A stretch of 52,414 nucleotides of DNA from Bacteroidales bacterium (GCA_023133655.1 JAGLWB010000066.1:1-52414); one strand, 5' to 3'. Positions 17,639-27,273 are shown, counted from the stretch's first letter. Notes: a model not told the origin generated them from the sequence alone. Numbers and translations: made by a program.

Positions 17639-18256
17639 ATGGGTGAAAATCAAAAATCGGATAAGTGTAATTCAGTAGTTATTTTGGCGGCAGGGCAATC
17701 GACACGCATGGGCCGGCCGAAATTTGCATTGAAGTTTGATGAAAATCTAACCTTCCTGGAGAAAATAATAACCGGCTATAATTCTTTTGGTTGCCGGCAA
17801 ATAATCGTTGTTTTAAATGAAGAAGGGGAGACATTTCTGAAAAACAATCCGATTAAATTATTCAGCAATATTACTATTGTTACCAACTTCCATCCTGAGT
17901 GGGAACGGTTTTACTCAATTAAAATCGGATTAAGACAGCTAAATGAATTCAGCTGTGTCTTTATTCACAATGTTGATAATCCTTTTGTTAATAAACAGGT
18001 ACTTAAATCTCTGCAAGGAGAAATGGCTGAAACAGATTATGTTGTTCCTTGTTTTAAAGGACGGGGAGGGCATCCGGTATTGCTTTCAAAAAAAATGATT
18101 AAGCATATTATCGCCGAAAAAAACCCTGAGTTGAATTTCAGGGATTTTCTGAAAAGGCATGCTAAAAAAATGGTTGAAGTAGAGGATGAAAGTGTATTGG
18201 TAAATGTTAATACCAGTGAAGACTATAAACGCTTAAAAAAATTGCCTGATAAGTGA
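17639..18256 (+). CDS. mocA: MobA-like nucleotidyltransferase, molybdenum cofactor cytidylyltransferase (YgfJ/MocA type)
   Basis: VVILAAGQSTRMGRPKFAL. Divergent from ygfK, as ygfJ is adjacent to ygfK in E. coli. ATG 17639 or GTG 17636. A TACTTTTG box at 17624-17631 suggests a near-leaderless mRNA. Confidence 0.8.
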   Translation: MGENQKSDKCNSVVILAAGQSTRMGRPKFALKFDENLTFLEKIITGYNSFGCRQIIVVLNEEGETFLKNNPIKLFSNITIVTNFHPEWERFYSIKIGLRQLNEFSCVFIHNVDNPFVNKQVLKSLQGEMAETDYVVPCFKGRGGHPVLLSKKMIKHIIAEKNPELNFRDFLKRHAKKMVEVEDESVLVNVNTSEDYKRLKKLPDK

Positions 18257-18284
18257 ATGTTTGCCGGTCATTCACCTATCAGGC
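18233..18284 (-). terminator. intrinsic terminator of hsp20, overlapping the mocA 3' end
   Basis: 16-bp stem (18244-18259 with 18269-18284, 1 mismatch). On the minus-strand RNA it is followed by AAUUUUUUUAAG. Lies 43 nt after the hsp20 stop. Confidence 0.6.
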
Positions 18285-18326
18285 AGTCATGAGTTTGTGA
18301 TTATGAAAAAAAACTACATGATTTTG

Positions 18327-18752
18327 TTACGCGACCTTGATCTCTTTGCTGACCTTCATCTTGTCGGCATCCTTCTTTGGTAAGGTAACTGAAAGGATAC
18401 CATTTTTATAATCAGCTTTGATCGTGTCGGCCTCAATTGATTTTGGGACAACAAATGAACGGGTAAACGAACCACTGTTAAACTCTTTTCGCGTGTAGTT
18501 TACTTCTTCATTTTTTTCATCTTCAACCTTAGCTGAAATGCTTAAGAGAGTATTTTCAAGGTTGATTTTGAAATCTTTTTTACTCATTCCCGGTACTGCA
18601 AACTCAAGTATAAAAGCATTATCATTTTCAATGATATTTGTTCTCGGTGTGCAACCGCTTTCTTTTCTGTGCGTAAAATCCAGTTCGTTGTCAAAAAAGT
18701 TATTAAACATATCTGAAAATCTTGGCTGGTTGTTCCATTTTACTAAATTCAT
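18327..18752 (-). CDS. Hsp20/alpha-crystallin family small heat-shock protein
   Basis: 141 aa. Alpha-crystallin domain pattern (..FILEFAVPGMSKKDFKI....L.I....), ending with GILSVTLPKK. Confidence 0.9.
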   Translation of the reverse strand: MNLVKWNNQPRFSDMFNNFFDNELDFTHRKESGCTPRTNIIENDNAFILEFAVPGMSKKDFKINLENTLLSISAKVEDEKNEEVNYTRKEFNSGSFTRSFVVPKSIEADTIKADYKNGILSVTLPKKDADKMKVSKEIKVA

Positions 18753-18902
18753 TTTAATTTCCTCCTATATTTATTTGGTTAATCTTTTTACTTTTATAGA
18801 CCAATATTTGTACCAACGCATTTTTTTGAATCAAACATTAAAATAAGTGTCAATATGACAGTTTATTCGAACAGAAGCTGCCATTAAGGCATGAATTTTT
18901 TA

Positions 18903-18910
18903 TAATTTTG
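18903..18910 (+). promoter_or_regulatory. candidate -7 box (TAATTTTG) for ptrB
   Basis: TAnnTTTG match 14 nt upstream of ATG 18924. Confidence 0.3.
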
Positions 18911-18923
18911 AATATTAGGAGAT

Positions 18924-20966
18924 ATGATGAAACCACCGGTTGCTAAAATAATCGAAGAGAAGCTTATTTCGCCACATGGTGATATTCGCATAGATAAATA
19001 TTTCTGGTTAAATAAAAGAGATGATCCTGAAGTGATGAAAGCTCTTGAAACAGAGAATGCTTACACTGATTTAGTGATGGCCCATACTGAAGAGTTTCAA
19101 ACACAGTTATATGATGAAATCGTGGGGCGAATAAAAAAGGATGACTCCTCCGTTCCTTATAAAAAAGATGGGTTTTATTATTATTCCCGTTACGAAAAAG
19201 AAAAAGAGTATCCTTTTTACTGCAGGAAAAAGGAGAGCATGGATAATCCTGAAGATGTTATGCTTGATGTAAATAAAATGGCCGAAGGGTTTTCCTTTTA
19301 CAATGTTGGAGGGATGGCTGTTAGTACGAATAACAGTTTGCTGGCATACTCAGTTGATACAGTGAGCAGAAGAAAATATTCTATCTATTTTAAAGACCTG
19401 GAAACAGGTGAGATCCTGGAAGATGTTATTCCCAATACTTCCGGCAGCATTACCTGGGCGAATGATAATAAAACAATCTTTTATGTTGTGAAGCATGAAG
19501 AAACGTTGTTGCCTTATAAAGTATACAACCATAAATTAGGCACAGATATTTCAGAAGATAAGCTGGTATATGAGGAAAAAGATAACACATTTTCAACCTC
19601 ATGTTATAAAACAAAATCCAAACGTTATATTTTAATAAGCCTTTCCAGTACTTTAACTACAGAATTCAGATTTCTGGATGCAGACCATCCTGATGGCGAC
19701 TTCCGGATAATATATCCCCGTGAAAGAGACCTGGAGTATTATATTGATCATTTCAAGGAGCACTTTTATATCAGGACCAATTTTGAAGCTAAGAACTTCC
19801 GCCTGATGAAGACACCTGTAAACAAAACCGGTAAATCCAACTGGGCTGAAGTTATTCCTCATAGAAGCGATGTGTTATTACAGGATTTTGAGATTTTTAG
19901 CGATTTTTTGGTGTTATCTGAAAAAAAGCACGGGCTATCTCAACTGAGAGTTAAAGCCTGGCAGGGAGATAACGATTATTACATCGGTTTTGCGGAAGAA
20001 ACATATGATTCCTGGATTTCCATTAACCCTGACTTCAATAGTAAGGTTTTGCGTTATGTGTATACTTCATTAACAACTCCTCGTTCAACCTATGATTTTG
20101 AAATGTTCACACGGGAAAGGTCTTTACTTAAGAGAGATGAGGTTGTGGGCGATTTTGACCCTTCTAACTATGAAGCAAAAAGATTGTTTGCGGTTGCCGG
20201 AGATGGTACCTCTGTTCCCGTTTCAATTGTTTTTCGGAAAGGGATTAAACGAGATGGCAACAATCCTTTATGGATTACAGGTTATGGCTCATATGGATAT
20301 AGCTATGATCCCTGTTTTAGTTCCGTTAGGTTAAGCTTGCTTGACAGGGGGGTTATTTTTGCCATAGCTCATATCAGAGGTGGTCAGGAGATGGGAAGAA
20401 GCTGGTATGAAGATGGAAAACTCCTGAAAAAGAAAAACACATTTACCGACTTTATTGATTGTGTTGAATTCCTCATAAAGGAATCCTATACAAATCCCGA
20501 AAAAGTGTTTGCTTCCGGTGGAAGTGCAGGTGGCTTGCTTATGGGAGCTGTTGCTAATATGCGGCCTGAATTGTTCAGGGGCATTATAGCTGATGTACCT
20601 TTTGTTGATGTTGTTACCACTATGCTAGATGAGAGCATACCTCTTACTACCGGGGAATATGACGAATGGGGCAACCCCAATGATAAAGAGTATTATGATT
20701 ACATGAAGTCGTATTCACCCTATGAAAATGTTCAGGCCATGGCATATCCGGCTATGTTGGTTACCACCGGATATCATGATTCTCAGGTTCAGTACTGGGA
20801 GCCTGCCAGGTGGGTGGCAAAATTAAGAGAAGTGAAAACAGATGAACATTTGCTGATCTTTAAAATTCACATAGATTACGGCCATGGCGGAGCTTCAGGC
20901 AGGTTTCAAAAGTATAAAGAAGTGGCACTTGCATACGCTTTTGTACTGGATCAACTGGAAGGTTAA
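18924..20966 (+). CDS. ptrB: S9A prolyl oligopeptidase family, oligopeptidase B (protease II)-like
   Basis: 680 aa. N-terminal beta-propeller region. Catalytic GGSAGGLLMG. C-terminal D...GHGG. Confidence 0.85.
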   Translation: MMKPPVAKIIEEKLISPHGDIRIDKYFWLNKRDDPEVMKALETENAYTDLVMAHTEEFQTQLYDEIVGRIKKDDSSVPYKKDGFYYYSRYEKEKEYPFYCRKKESMDNPEDVMLDVNKMAEGFSFYNVGGMAVSTNNSLLAYSVDTVSRRKYSIYFKDLETGEILEDVIPNTSGSITWANDNKTIFYVVKHEETLLPYKVYNHKLGTDISEDKLVYEEKDNTFSTSCYKTKSKRYILISLSSTLTTEFRFLDADHPDGDFRIIYPRERDLEYYIDHFKEHFYIRTNFEAKNFRLMKTPVNKTGKSNWAEVIPHRSDVLLQDFEIFSDFLVLSEKKHGLSQLRVKAWQGDNDYYIGFAEETYDSWISINPDFNSKVLRYVYTSLTTPRSTYDFEMFTRERSLLKRDEVVGDFDPSNYEAKRLFAVAGDGTSVPVSIVFRKGIKRDGNNPLWITGYGSYGYSYDPCFSSVRLSLLDRGVIFAIAHIRGGQEMGRSWYEDGKLLKKKNTFTDFIDCVEFLIKESYTNPEKVFASGGSAGGLLMGAVANMRPELFRGIIADVPFVDVVTTMLDESIPLTTGEYDEWGNPNDKEYYDYMKSYSPYENVQAMAYPAMLVTTGYHDSQVQYWEPARWVAKLREVKTDEHLLIFKIHIDYGHGGASGRFQKYKEVALAYAFVLDQLEG

Positions 20967-20988
20967 AATAAATCTTTTTACCGGATTT

Positions 20989-22620
20989 TCAGCTTAGTTT
21001 TTTTCTTTTGATAATTGCGGTGGAAAATGTAATTAATAACAAAAGCGCACTTAGAAAAGAGGCGATGCGTGCAATGTAATCACCATTTTTTACGTAAAAG
21101 GTCAGCGTGTCGTTGGCATTGATGCTTTGCCTGATGGCATCCTGCACCCAGTATTCGGTTGCCTGGTGAATGACCCCACGCTGATCAATAAATGCAGATA
21201 TTCCGGTATTGGCCGATCTGGCAATACTTCTTCTCGCCTCAATTGCCCGCAATGATGAAAAGGTCAAATGCTGGCGATGCCCGGGTGTGTTACCCCACCA
21301 ACCATCGTTGGTGATGATGAAAATCAAATTAGCCCCATTGCGAATAAATTGAGTACAATACTCACCATAAATCGATTCATAGCAAATCAGGGGAGCTACT
21401 TTAATGGATTTTGATGGAATATTGAAAGGTGTTCGGTTTTTATCCGTTCCCAGGCTTCCAACAGTGCCGCCCAGATCAATGGCTACGTTTTCGATGAATC
21501 CCAAATATTTTGAATAAGGCATAATCTCAACACCTGGTGTTAGCCTTGATTTGTGGTAAAAATTTACTTTGCCGGCCGAATCTATCATTAACGCCGTATT
21601 ATAAGCATCATAATATTTTTCTGCATCATGAAATTTCCGGGCAGTATGGGTTAATGGTTCTCCTTCCTGGAAAATTTTGTATGTCGAAGCACCGATTACG
21701 ACATAAAGGTTATTGAATTTTTGTATGTAATCATGTAATAAGTTATAACTGGTAGAGTTAACAAGTTCACTTTCATAAAGAGGCCTTTCCTGAATGGTTG
21801 ATTCTGGGCAAATGATGAAATCAGTTGACTTTTCCGCATTTTTATCAGCCAGGGAAAACACCCTTCCCATCACCTCCCCGGTACTTAGCCAATATTGTTC
21901 TCCGTAAGGGTCCAGGTTAGGCTGCACCACAACTATATCCACCGGATCTTTCGTTTCCTGGTAATCCTGGTAAATGTTTTTTGAAATCAAGATAGGGACA
22001 ATTACCCATAACACTAAAAATGTTAGGAGAGCCCAGAAAGAAATATTGATCCCTTTTGTAAAGAAACTTGTTTTTTTAAGGATGAAAAACACCATGATGT
22101 TTGCCAGGAGTATCCAGAGCGACCCACCAAAAATCCCTGTATATTCATACCACTGGATCAATTGTATTTGAGATGCAAATCCATTTCCCAGGTTTAACCA
22201 TGGCCATGAAAGCTCCCATGCCTGATGAATATATTCGAAAGTAATCCAGTATACAATCAGGCTCAGGTAACCCGCAACGGGTGAAAATGATAATCGTTTG
22301 GTGGCATGAAAAAGGCTAAACACAACAGCCATAAAGAGCGAATTACAGATGAATGCAACTATTGCACCTGTTGCAGTTGAATTGTATATCCACCATGTAG
22401 TCAGTACGTTCCATGTAAAAAATGCAGGATAACTATAAAAGAAAATAGAAAACCGGTTAAACTGTTTTTGTTGTGTTCTTTGTTTGCTAATATGATCTTC
22501 AATAAATAGCAGCGGAACAAATCCAACAAAAAGAAACAAAGGGAAACCTCGTGCCGGCCAGCCGGCGCTCATGATTAGTCCCGATAATACTGATAACAGG
22601 ATCAGGTGGATTCGTTTCAT
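20989..22620 (-). CDS. lnt: apolipoprotein N-acyltransferase
   Basis: Multi-TM N-terminus plus a CN-hydrolase domain (VVVQPN.., LICYES catalytic Cys). 543 aa. Confidence 0.9.
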   Translation of the reverse strand: MKRIHLILLSVLSGLIMSAGWPARGFPLFLFVGFVPLLFIEDHISKQRTQQKQFNRFSIFFYSYPAFFTWNVLTTWWIYNSTATGAIVAFICNSLFMAVVFSLFHATKRLSFSPVAGYLSLIVYWITFEYIHQAWELSWPWLNLGNGFASQIQLIQWYEYTGIFGGSLWILLANIMVFFILKKTSFFTKGINISFWALLTFLVLWVIVPILISKNIYQDYQETKDPVDIVVVQPNLDPYGEQYWLSTGEVMGRVFSLADKNAEKSTDFIICPESTIQERPLYESELVNSTSYNLLHDYIQKFNNLYVVIGASTYKIFQEGEPLTHTARKFHDAEKYYDAYNTALMIDSAGKVNFYHKSRLTPGVEIMPYSKYLGFIENVAIDLGGTVGSLGTDKNRTPFNIPSKSIKVAPLICYESIYGEYCTQFIRNGANLIFIITNDGWWGNTPGHRQHLTFSSLRAIEARRSIARSANTGISAFIDQRGVIHQATEYWVQDAIRQSINANDTLTFYVKNGDYIARIASFLSALLLLITFSTAIIKRKKLS

Positions 22621-22652
22621 TCCTGAAAAAAGATTATGACAGAAAGGCTAAA

Positions 22653-23846
22653 TTAATAAAGATAATTATTGTATGGATATCGTTGACTATGAATTTTTTT
22701 TACTTCCTGATAAAGAACGTCCTTTAATTGGACAATATTCTGTTTTTGTGTGGCAGAAATAAACATGGAAGGGTTAATCGTTTTTGCCATCCAGGTTTTT
22801 TTCATGTCATCCAGGCTGTAATTATTTTTGGTTTTGGGTGTTAGGTCGTCAGATTCTTTTACAACAAATGTATAAGCATCAATCTTATTAAAAACCACTA
22901 TAATTGGTTTATCAATGGCACCAAGGCCGGTAAGGGTTTCTTTCACTACATTTATATGGTCTTCAAAATCTGGATGAGAAATGTCAACAATATGGACAAG
23001 AATATCGGCTTCCCTTACTTCATCAAGGGTGGATTTAAAAGACTCGACAAGGCTGTGAGGTAATTTACGGATAAACCCAACTGTATCGGAGATCAGGAAT
23101 GGTAAATTATCAATAACCATTTTTCTGACAGTTGTATCGAGCGTAGCAAAAAGTTTATTTTCGGCAAAAATATTCGATTTGCTAAGCAAATTCATGATGG
23201 TAGATTTCCCAACATTTGTATACCCAACCAGCGCCACCCTTACTAACCCCACTCTGCTTTTTCGTTGTGTGGTTTTTTGTTTATCAATTTGTAGCAGCTT
23301 TTTTTTAAGCAGGCTGATACGATCACGGATGATCCGGCGGTCGGTTTCAATTTCACTTTCTCCGGGTCCCCGTAGCCCGATTCCCCCTTTCTGTCGTTCA
23401 AGGTGTGTCCACATCCCTGTCAGGCGCGGTAGTAAGTATTGGTATTGAGCAAGCTCGACTTGTGTTTTAGAATGTGCTGTTCTGGCACGTTTGGCGAATA
23501 TATCCAGGATCAGGTTATTTCGGTCTAATATTCTACATTCAAGGATCCGTTCAATATTTCGTAGTTGGGAGGGGCTCAGTTCATCATCAAAAACAACAAT
23601 ATCAACATTTGAAGAGGTAATGAAGTTTTTTATCTCGTTGAGTTTACCTGAGCCAACAAAGGTTCGTGAATCTGAATGAATAAGGTGTTGCAAAAAGCGC
23701 TTAATAGTAGTGCCTCCTGCCGTCTCTACTAAAAAATCAAGCTCCTCAAGGTATTCGTTTGCCTTTTCCTGATTTTGTTCTTTTGTAATCAGGCCAACAA
23801 GGACAACAGTTTCTTTTGTTATTACTTTGTTAATATGTTCACGCAT
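22653..23846 (-). CDS. hflX: GTPase HflX
   Basis: HflX N-domain. G1 motif GYTNVGKST, DTVGF, NKID. Confidence 0.9.
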   Translation of the reverse strand: MREHINKVITKETVVLVGLITKEQNQEKANEYLEELDFLVETAGGTTIKRFLQHLIHSDSRTFVGSGKLNEIKNFITSSNVDIVVFDDELSPSQLRNIERILECRILDRNNLILDIFAKRARTAHSKTQVELAQYQYLLPRLTGMWTHLERQKGGIGLRGPGESEIETDRRIIRDRISLLKKKLLQIDKQKTTQRKSRVGLVRVALVGYTNVGKSTIMNLLSKSNIFAENKLFATLDTTVRKMVIDNLPFLISDTVGFIRKLPHSLVESFKSTLDEVREADILVHIVDISHPDFEDHINVVKETLTGLGAIDKPIIVVFNKIDAYTFVVKESDDLTPKTKNNYSLDDMKKTWMAKTINPSMFISATQKQNIVQLKDVLYQEVKKIHSQRYPYNNYLY

Positions 23847-23872
23847 AGAGGGGGCTAAAATGCACCTGGTTA

Positions 23873-24868
23873 TTAAAATGGTTTAAATCCGATAATTTCC
23901 CGGACATCTTTAATGGTTTTAGATGCACTGGCACGGGCACGGTCAGCTCCTTTTTCAGCTACTTTTCTGAGGTATTCATTGTTTGACGATAATTCTTTGG
24001 CTTTCTCCCTGAATGGCTCAGTAAAAGCGATTACGTCTTCAGCAAGTTTTTTCTTCATATCGCCATACCTGATCTGGCAGTTATTATATTGATCGTCAAA
24101 ATAAGTTACCGTTTCCTTAGAAGAGACAACGCTCATAAGGGTAAAAAGGTTTTGAATAGGTTCTGGTTTGTGTTGATTCATTTGTGTGGGACCTGTGTCT
24201 GTAACAGCCCGCATTACTTTTTTTCGGATAACTTCGGGAGGGTCAACGAGGAAAATAGCATTTCCTTCCCCTTCAGATTTCCCCATCTTACCGACTCCGT
24301 CAAGCCCGGGTATTTTTACAAGGCTTTGTCCAAAATTATATGCTACGGGAATGGGAAAATAATCCACCTTGTACATTCTGTTAAAGCGCCGGGCAAATGT
24401 TCTCATCATTTCGAGGTTTTGCTCCTGGTCTTTGCCAACCGGAACCTTAGCGGCTTTATGTATAATCACATCGGCTGCCATTAAGGTAGGGTAGGTAAGT
24501 AAGCCGGCATTAATGTTATTAGGTTGCTTTCTGATTTTTTCTTTAAAAGAAATAACGCGTTCCAGTTCGCCAAGGTAGGCATTCATGTTAAGCAGCAGAT
24601 AAAGTTCTGTAACTTCCGGCACATCACTTTGAATGTAAATGGTTGCTTTTTCCGGATCAAGCCCGGCTGCAAGATATTCAACCAGAACTTGTTTTACATT
24701 CCCGTGCAGGTTTTCCGGGGTTGGGTGTGTTGTGAGCGAATGGTAATCAGCAATGAAGAAAAAACAATCATTTTCTTCATGCATTTTTACAAAATTCTTT
24801 ACTGCACCAAAGTAATTTCCAAGGTGAAGGTTTCCTGTTGGCCGTATGCCACTTACTACAATTTCCAT
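23873..24868 (-). CDS. trpS: tryptophan--tRNA ligase
   Basis: SGIRPTGNLHLGNY (HIGH-type) and KMGKS (KMSKS). 331 aa. Confidence 0.92.
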   Translation of the reverse strand: MEIVVSGIRPTGNLHLGNYFGAVKNFVKMHEENDCFFFIADYHSLTTHPTPENLHGNVKQVLVEYLAAGLDPEKATIYIQSDVPEVTELYLLLNMNAYLGELERVISFKEKIRKQPNNINAGLLTYPTLMAADVIIHKAAKVPVGKDQEQNLEMMRTFARRFNRMYKVDYFPIPVAYNFGQSLVKIPGLDGVGKMGKSEGEGNAIFLVDPPEVIRKKVMRAVTDTGPTQMNQHKPEPIQNLFTLMSVVSSKETVTYFDDQYNNCQIRYGDMKKKLAEDVIAFTEPFREKAKELSSNNEYLRKVAEKGADRARASASKTIKDVREIIGFKPF

Positions 24869-24909
24869 ATCGCGAAATTACTAAAAATAATATTGATTTA
24901 ATTAAACTT

Positions 24910-24978
24910 CCCGAATTTTGAAGAGGCGTTGGATGGACTACAACCTTTCCCTGCCCTGAAGGACGGGGCTATTGAAAT
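24910..24978. repeat. REP-like intergenic element, same family as 6078-6147
   Basis: cccgaattttgaagagg...ccctgccctgaaggacggggctattga. Both termini are shared with the 6078 copy. Confidence 0.55.
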
Positions 24979-24993
24979 TTTATTAATCAACAG

Positions 24994-26544
24994 TTACATT
25001 TTTATTTCGTCACCGTTTTTATTGAAAAAATGGTACTCGAGAAAGTGATAGGAATTCATCGATTTCAGCCTGATCCATTTCCTGAATTTAAAGAACCATT
25101 TTAGTTTAATCGAAAATATTCCAGTTGTAAGGTAAGCAAATAAATAGGGATGTGTGGCAATATTAATGTATCTTTCATTCTGATCCTGAATCAGATAACG
25201 TATATTGTTTTCTATTTCATCGATAAGAATGATACTGGGTTTGATCTCTCCGGTTCCATCACAAACCGGGCATTTTTCAAGTATTTGAACATTCATTTCC
25301 GGACGTACGCGCTGACGAGTAATCTGCACCAGTCCAAATTTACTGGGAGGCAATATTGAGTGTTTGGCATTGTCTTTTGCCATTTCCTCTTTCATTTTTT
25401 GATGCAACGCCTTTCTGTTTACGGATTCATGCATGTCAATAAAATCAACCACAATGATTCCACCCATATCTCTGAGCCTGAGTTGTCGTGCCACTTCAAT
25501 AGCCGCTTCTATATTAACTCCCAGAGCTTGAGTTTCCTGAGAGTCTTGTGCTTTGATTCTGTGTCCGCTGTTAATATCGATCACATGAAGCGCCTCAGTG
25601 TGCTCAATAATGAGATAAGCACCACTTTTTATGCTTACGATTTTACCAAATGAACTTTTTATTTGTTTATCAACATTAAATTGCTCGAAAATTGTGTTTT
25701 TTCCATTATACAATTTAACAATATCGAGCTTTTCAGGGGCGATTTTTTGAAGGTAAGACTTAACGTCCTCATAAAGCACATGGTTATTAACATAAATGTT
25801 ATTGAAAGAATCGTTAAGCATGTCTCTTAAGATAACAGAGGTACGATCAATTTCACTAATGATTTTTTGCGGTGCTTTAGCTTTGGGAAGTTTTTTCATT
25901 GAGACCTCCCATTTTCTGACCAGGGATTTGAGTTCCTGATCGAGGTCGGCAACTTTTTTATTTTGGGCTACTGTCCGAATGATCACTCCAATATTCTTGG
26001 GCTTAATGCTTGTAATTAGTCTTTTAAGCCTATTGCGCTCATCTGAATTTTTTATCTTTTGGGATATGGAAACCCGGTTAGAAAAAGGAACCATTACGAG
26101 GTATCTACCGGCAAAAGAGATTTCAGATGAAACCCTGGGCCCTTTTGTGGATATAGGCTCTTTAGCGATTTGAACAACTATCTGCTGGTTCAAACTTAAT
26201 ACTGATGAGATTTTACCGGTCTTATCAATATCTTCTTCGAGGTTGAATTTGTCAATTGAAAGATGGTGTACTTTCCCCGACAGATTAAGCTTTGTGAATT
26301 TATTTAGCGATTTGATCTGTGGGCCGAGGTCAAGGTAATGAAGAAAAGCATCTTTATCATGCCCAACATTAATAAATGCAGCGTTTAGGCCGGGCATTAT
26401 TTTTTTTACTTTTCCAAGATATACATCACCAACAGCATAACTATTGTTCGTCTTTTCTTTATTAAGCTCAACAAGTCGTTTATCTTCAAGCAAAGCTATT
26501 GTAACCTCAGATGGCTTTGAATCGATTATTAACTCCTTGTTCAC
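24994..26544 (-). CDS. rng: ribonuclease E/G family (RNase G-like)
   Basis: S1 domain (GDVYLGKVKKIMPGLNAAFINVG). Catalytic core (..IEHTEALHVIDINSG). Zn-link CPVCDGTG. I prefer the GTG at 26544-26542 (VNKELIID..., 516 aa). The track's longer ATG 26601 adds a non-conserved extension. Confidence 0.85.
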   Translation of the reverse strand: MNKELIIDSKPSEVTIALLEDKRLVELNKEKTNNSYAVGDVYLGKVKKIMPGLNAAFINVGHDKDAFLHYLDLGPQIKSLNKFTKLNLSGKVHHLSIDKFNLEEDIDKTGKISSVLSLNQQIVVQIAKEPISTKGPRVSSEISFAGRYLVMVPFSNRVSISQKIKNSDERNRLKRLITSIKPKNIGVIIRTVAQNKKVADLDQELKSLVRKWEVSMKKLPKAKAPQKIISEIDRTSVILRDMLNDSFNNIYVNNHVLYEDVKSYLQKIAPEKLDIVKLYNGKNTIFEQFNVDKQIKSSFGKIVSIKSGAYLIIEHTEALHVIDINSGHRIKAQDSQETQALGVNIEAAIEVARQLRLRDMGGIIVVDFIDMHESVNRKALHQKMKEEMAKDNAKHSILPPSKFGLVQITRQRVRPEMNVQILEKCPVCDGTGEIKPSIILIDEIENNIRYLIQDQNERYINIATHPYLFAYLTTGIFSIKLKWFFKFRKWIRLKSMNSYHFLEYHFFNKNGDEIKM

Positions 26545-26682
26545 AATAAAATTGGTTTTCGTAAGAATATCATGGCAGAACCAGCCTATGATAAGAGGCA
26601 CCCGGGAATATCAGGTTCTCAGGTGTAATTTTCCGTTGTCAAAACTATTTATTTCTGACAACGGAAAATGGATTAGGTAAAA

Positions 26683-26772
26683 TTATTTCTTCTTATGCCT
26701 GTTTTTTCTCAGACGCTTCTTTCTTTTATGAGTCGCCATTTTATGGCGTTTTCTCTTTTTTCCACTAGGCAT
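26683..26772 (-). CDS. 29-aa highly basic mini-protein MPSGKKRKRHKMATHKRKKRLRKNRHKKK, bS22-like small ribosomal protein candidate
   Basis: ATG..TAA read by hand from the minus strand. Too short for the ORF track. The K/R-rich pattern resembles bS22-type peptides reported in actinobacterial and Flavobacterium ribosomes. Lies between rng and hup. Confidence 0.6.
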   Translation of the reverse strand: MPSGKKRKRHKMATHKRKKRLRKNRHKKK

Positions 26773-26799
26773 TTTAGATGGATTTAAGTTGGTAATTAA

Positions 26800-27084
26800 T
26801 TATTTTACGTTCTTTTTTACGTTATTTACAAACGACTTCGCAGGTTTAAATGCTGGGATATTATGTGCAGGAATGATAATCGTTGTTTCTTCCGAAATAT
26901 TCCGACCTGTTTTTTCAGCTCTTTTTTTAATAATAAAACTGCCAAACCCTCTCAAATACACATTTTCGTCGCGCAACAATGAATTCTTAACGGAATCCAT
27001 GAAAGCTTCAACGCATTCCTTTACAATTAATTTTTCAGCACCTGTTTGGTTAGCAATTTCTGTTATAATTTCTGCCTTTGTCAT
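26800..27084 (-). CDS. hup: HU family DNA-binding protein
   Basis: MTKAEIITEIA...LRGFGSF..KKRAEKTGRNI...IPAH..P.FKP. 94 aa. Confidence 0.92.
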   Translation of the reverse strand: MTKAEIITEIANQTGAEKLIVKECVEAFMDSVKNSLLRDENVYLRGFGSFIIKKRAEKTGRNISEETTIIIPAHNIPAFKPAKSFVNNVKKNVK

Positions 27085-27130
27085 GTTTCCAATATTTTTA
27101 ATAATTTAAAAAAAAATTTTTAATGGGGTG

Positions 27131-27138
27131 CAAATATA
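27131..27138 (-). promoter_or_regulatory. candidate -7 box (TATATTTG) for hup
   Basis: TAnnTTTG on the minus strand, ~47 nt upstream of the hup ATG. Confidence 0.35.
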
Positions 27139-27273
27139 AAATTATTTTACTTTAATTTAAAAATAAATAACGAATTTTGTTAAAATTTTTTATTTCAGGT
27201 ACTTATAAAACAAGATTTACCTTAATATTTGACGAAGATAATCTGATTAACCACAAAATCCAATTACTTTTTA

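Noticed and set aside
25365-25382. Sigma-54 -24/-12-like sequence (tggcattgtcttttgc)
   Set aside because: The GG-GC spacing is one nt too long. It also lies inside the rng coding region on the non-coding strand.
26789-27109. 106-aa + strand ORF opposite hup
   Set aside because: It is the mirror frame of a clear HU gene, and its hydrophobic low-complexity translation is typical of antisense AT-rich DNA.
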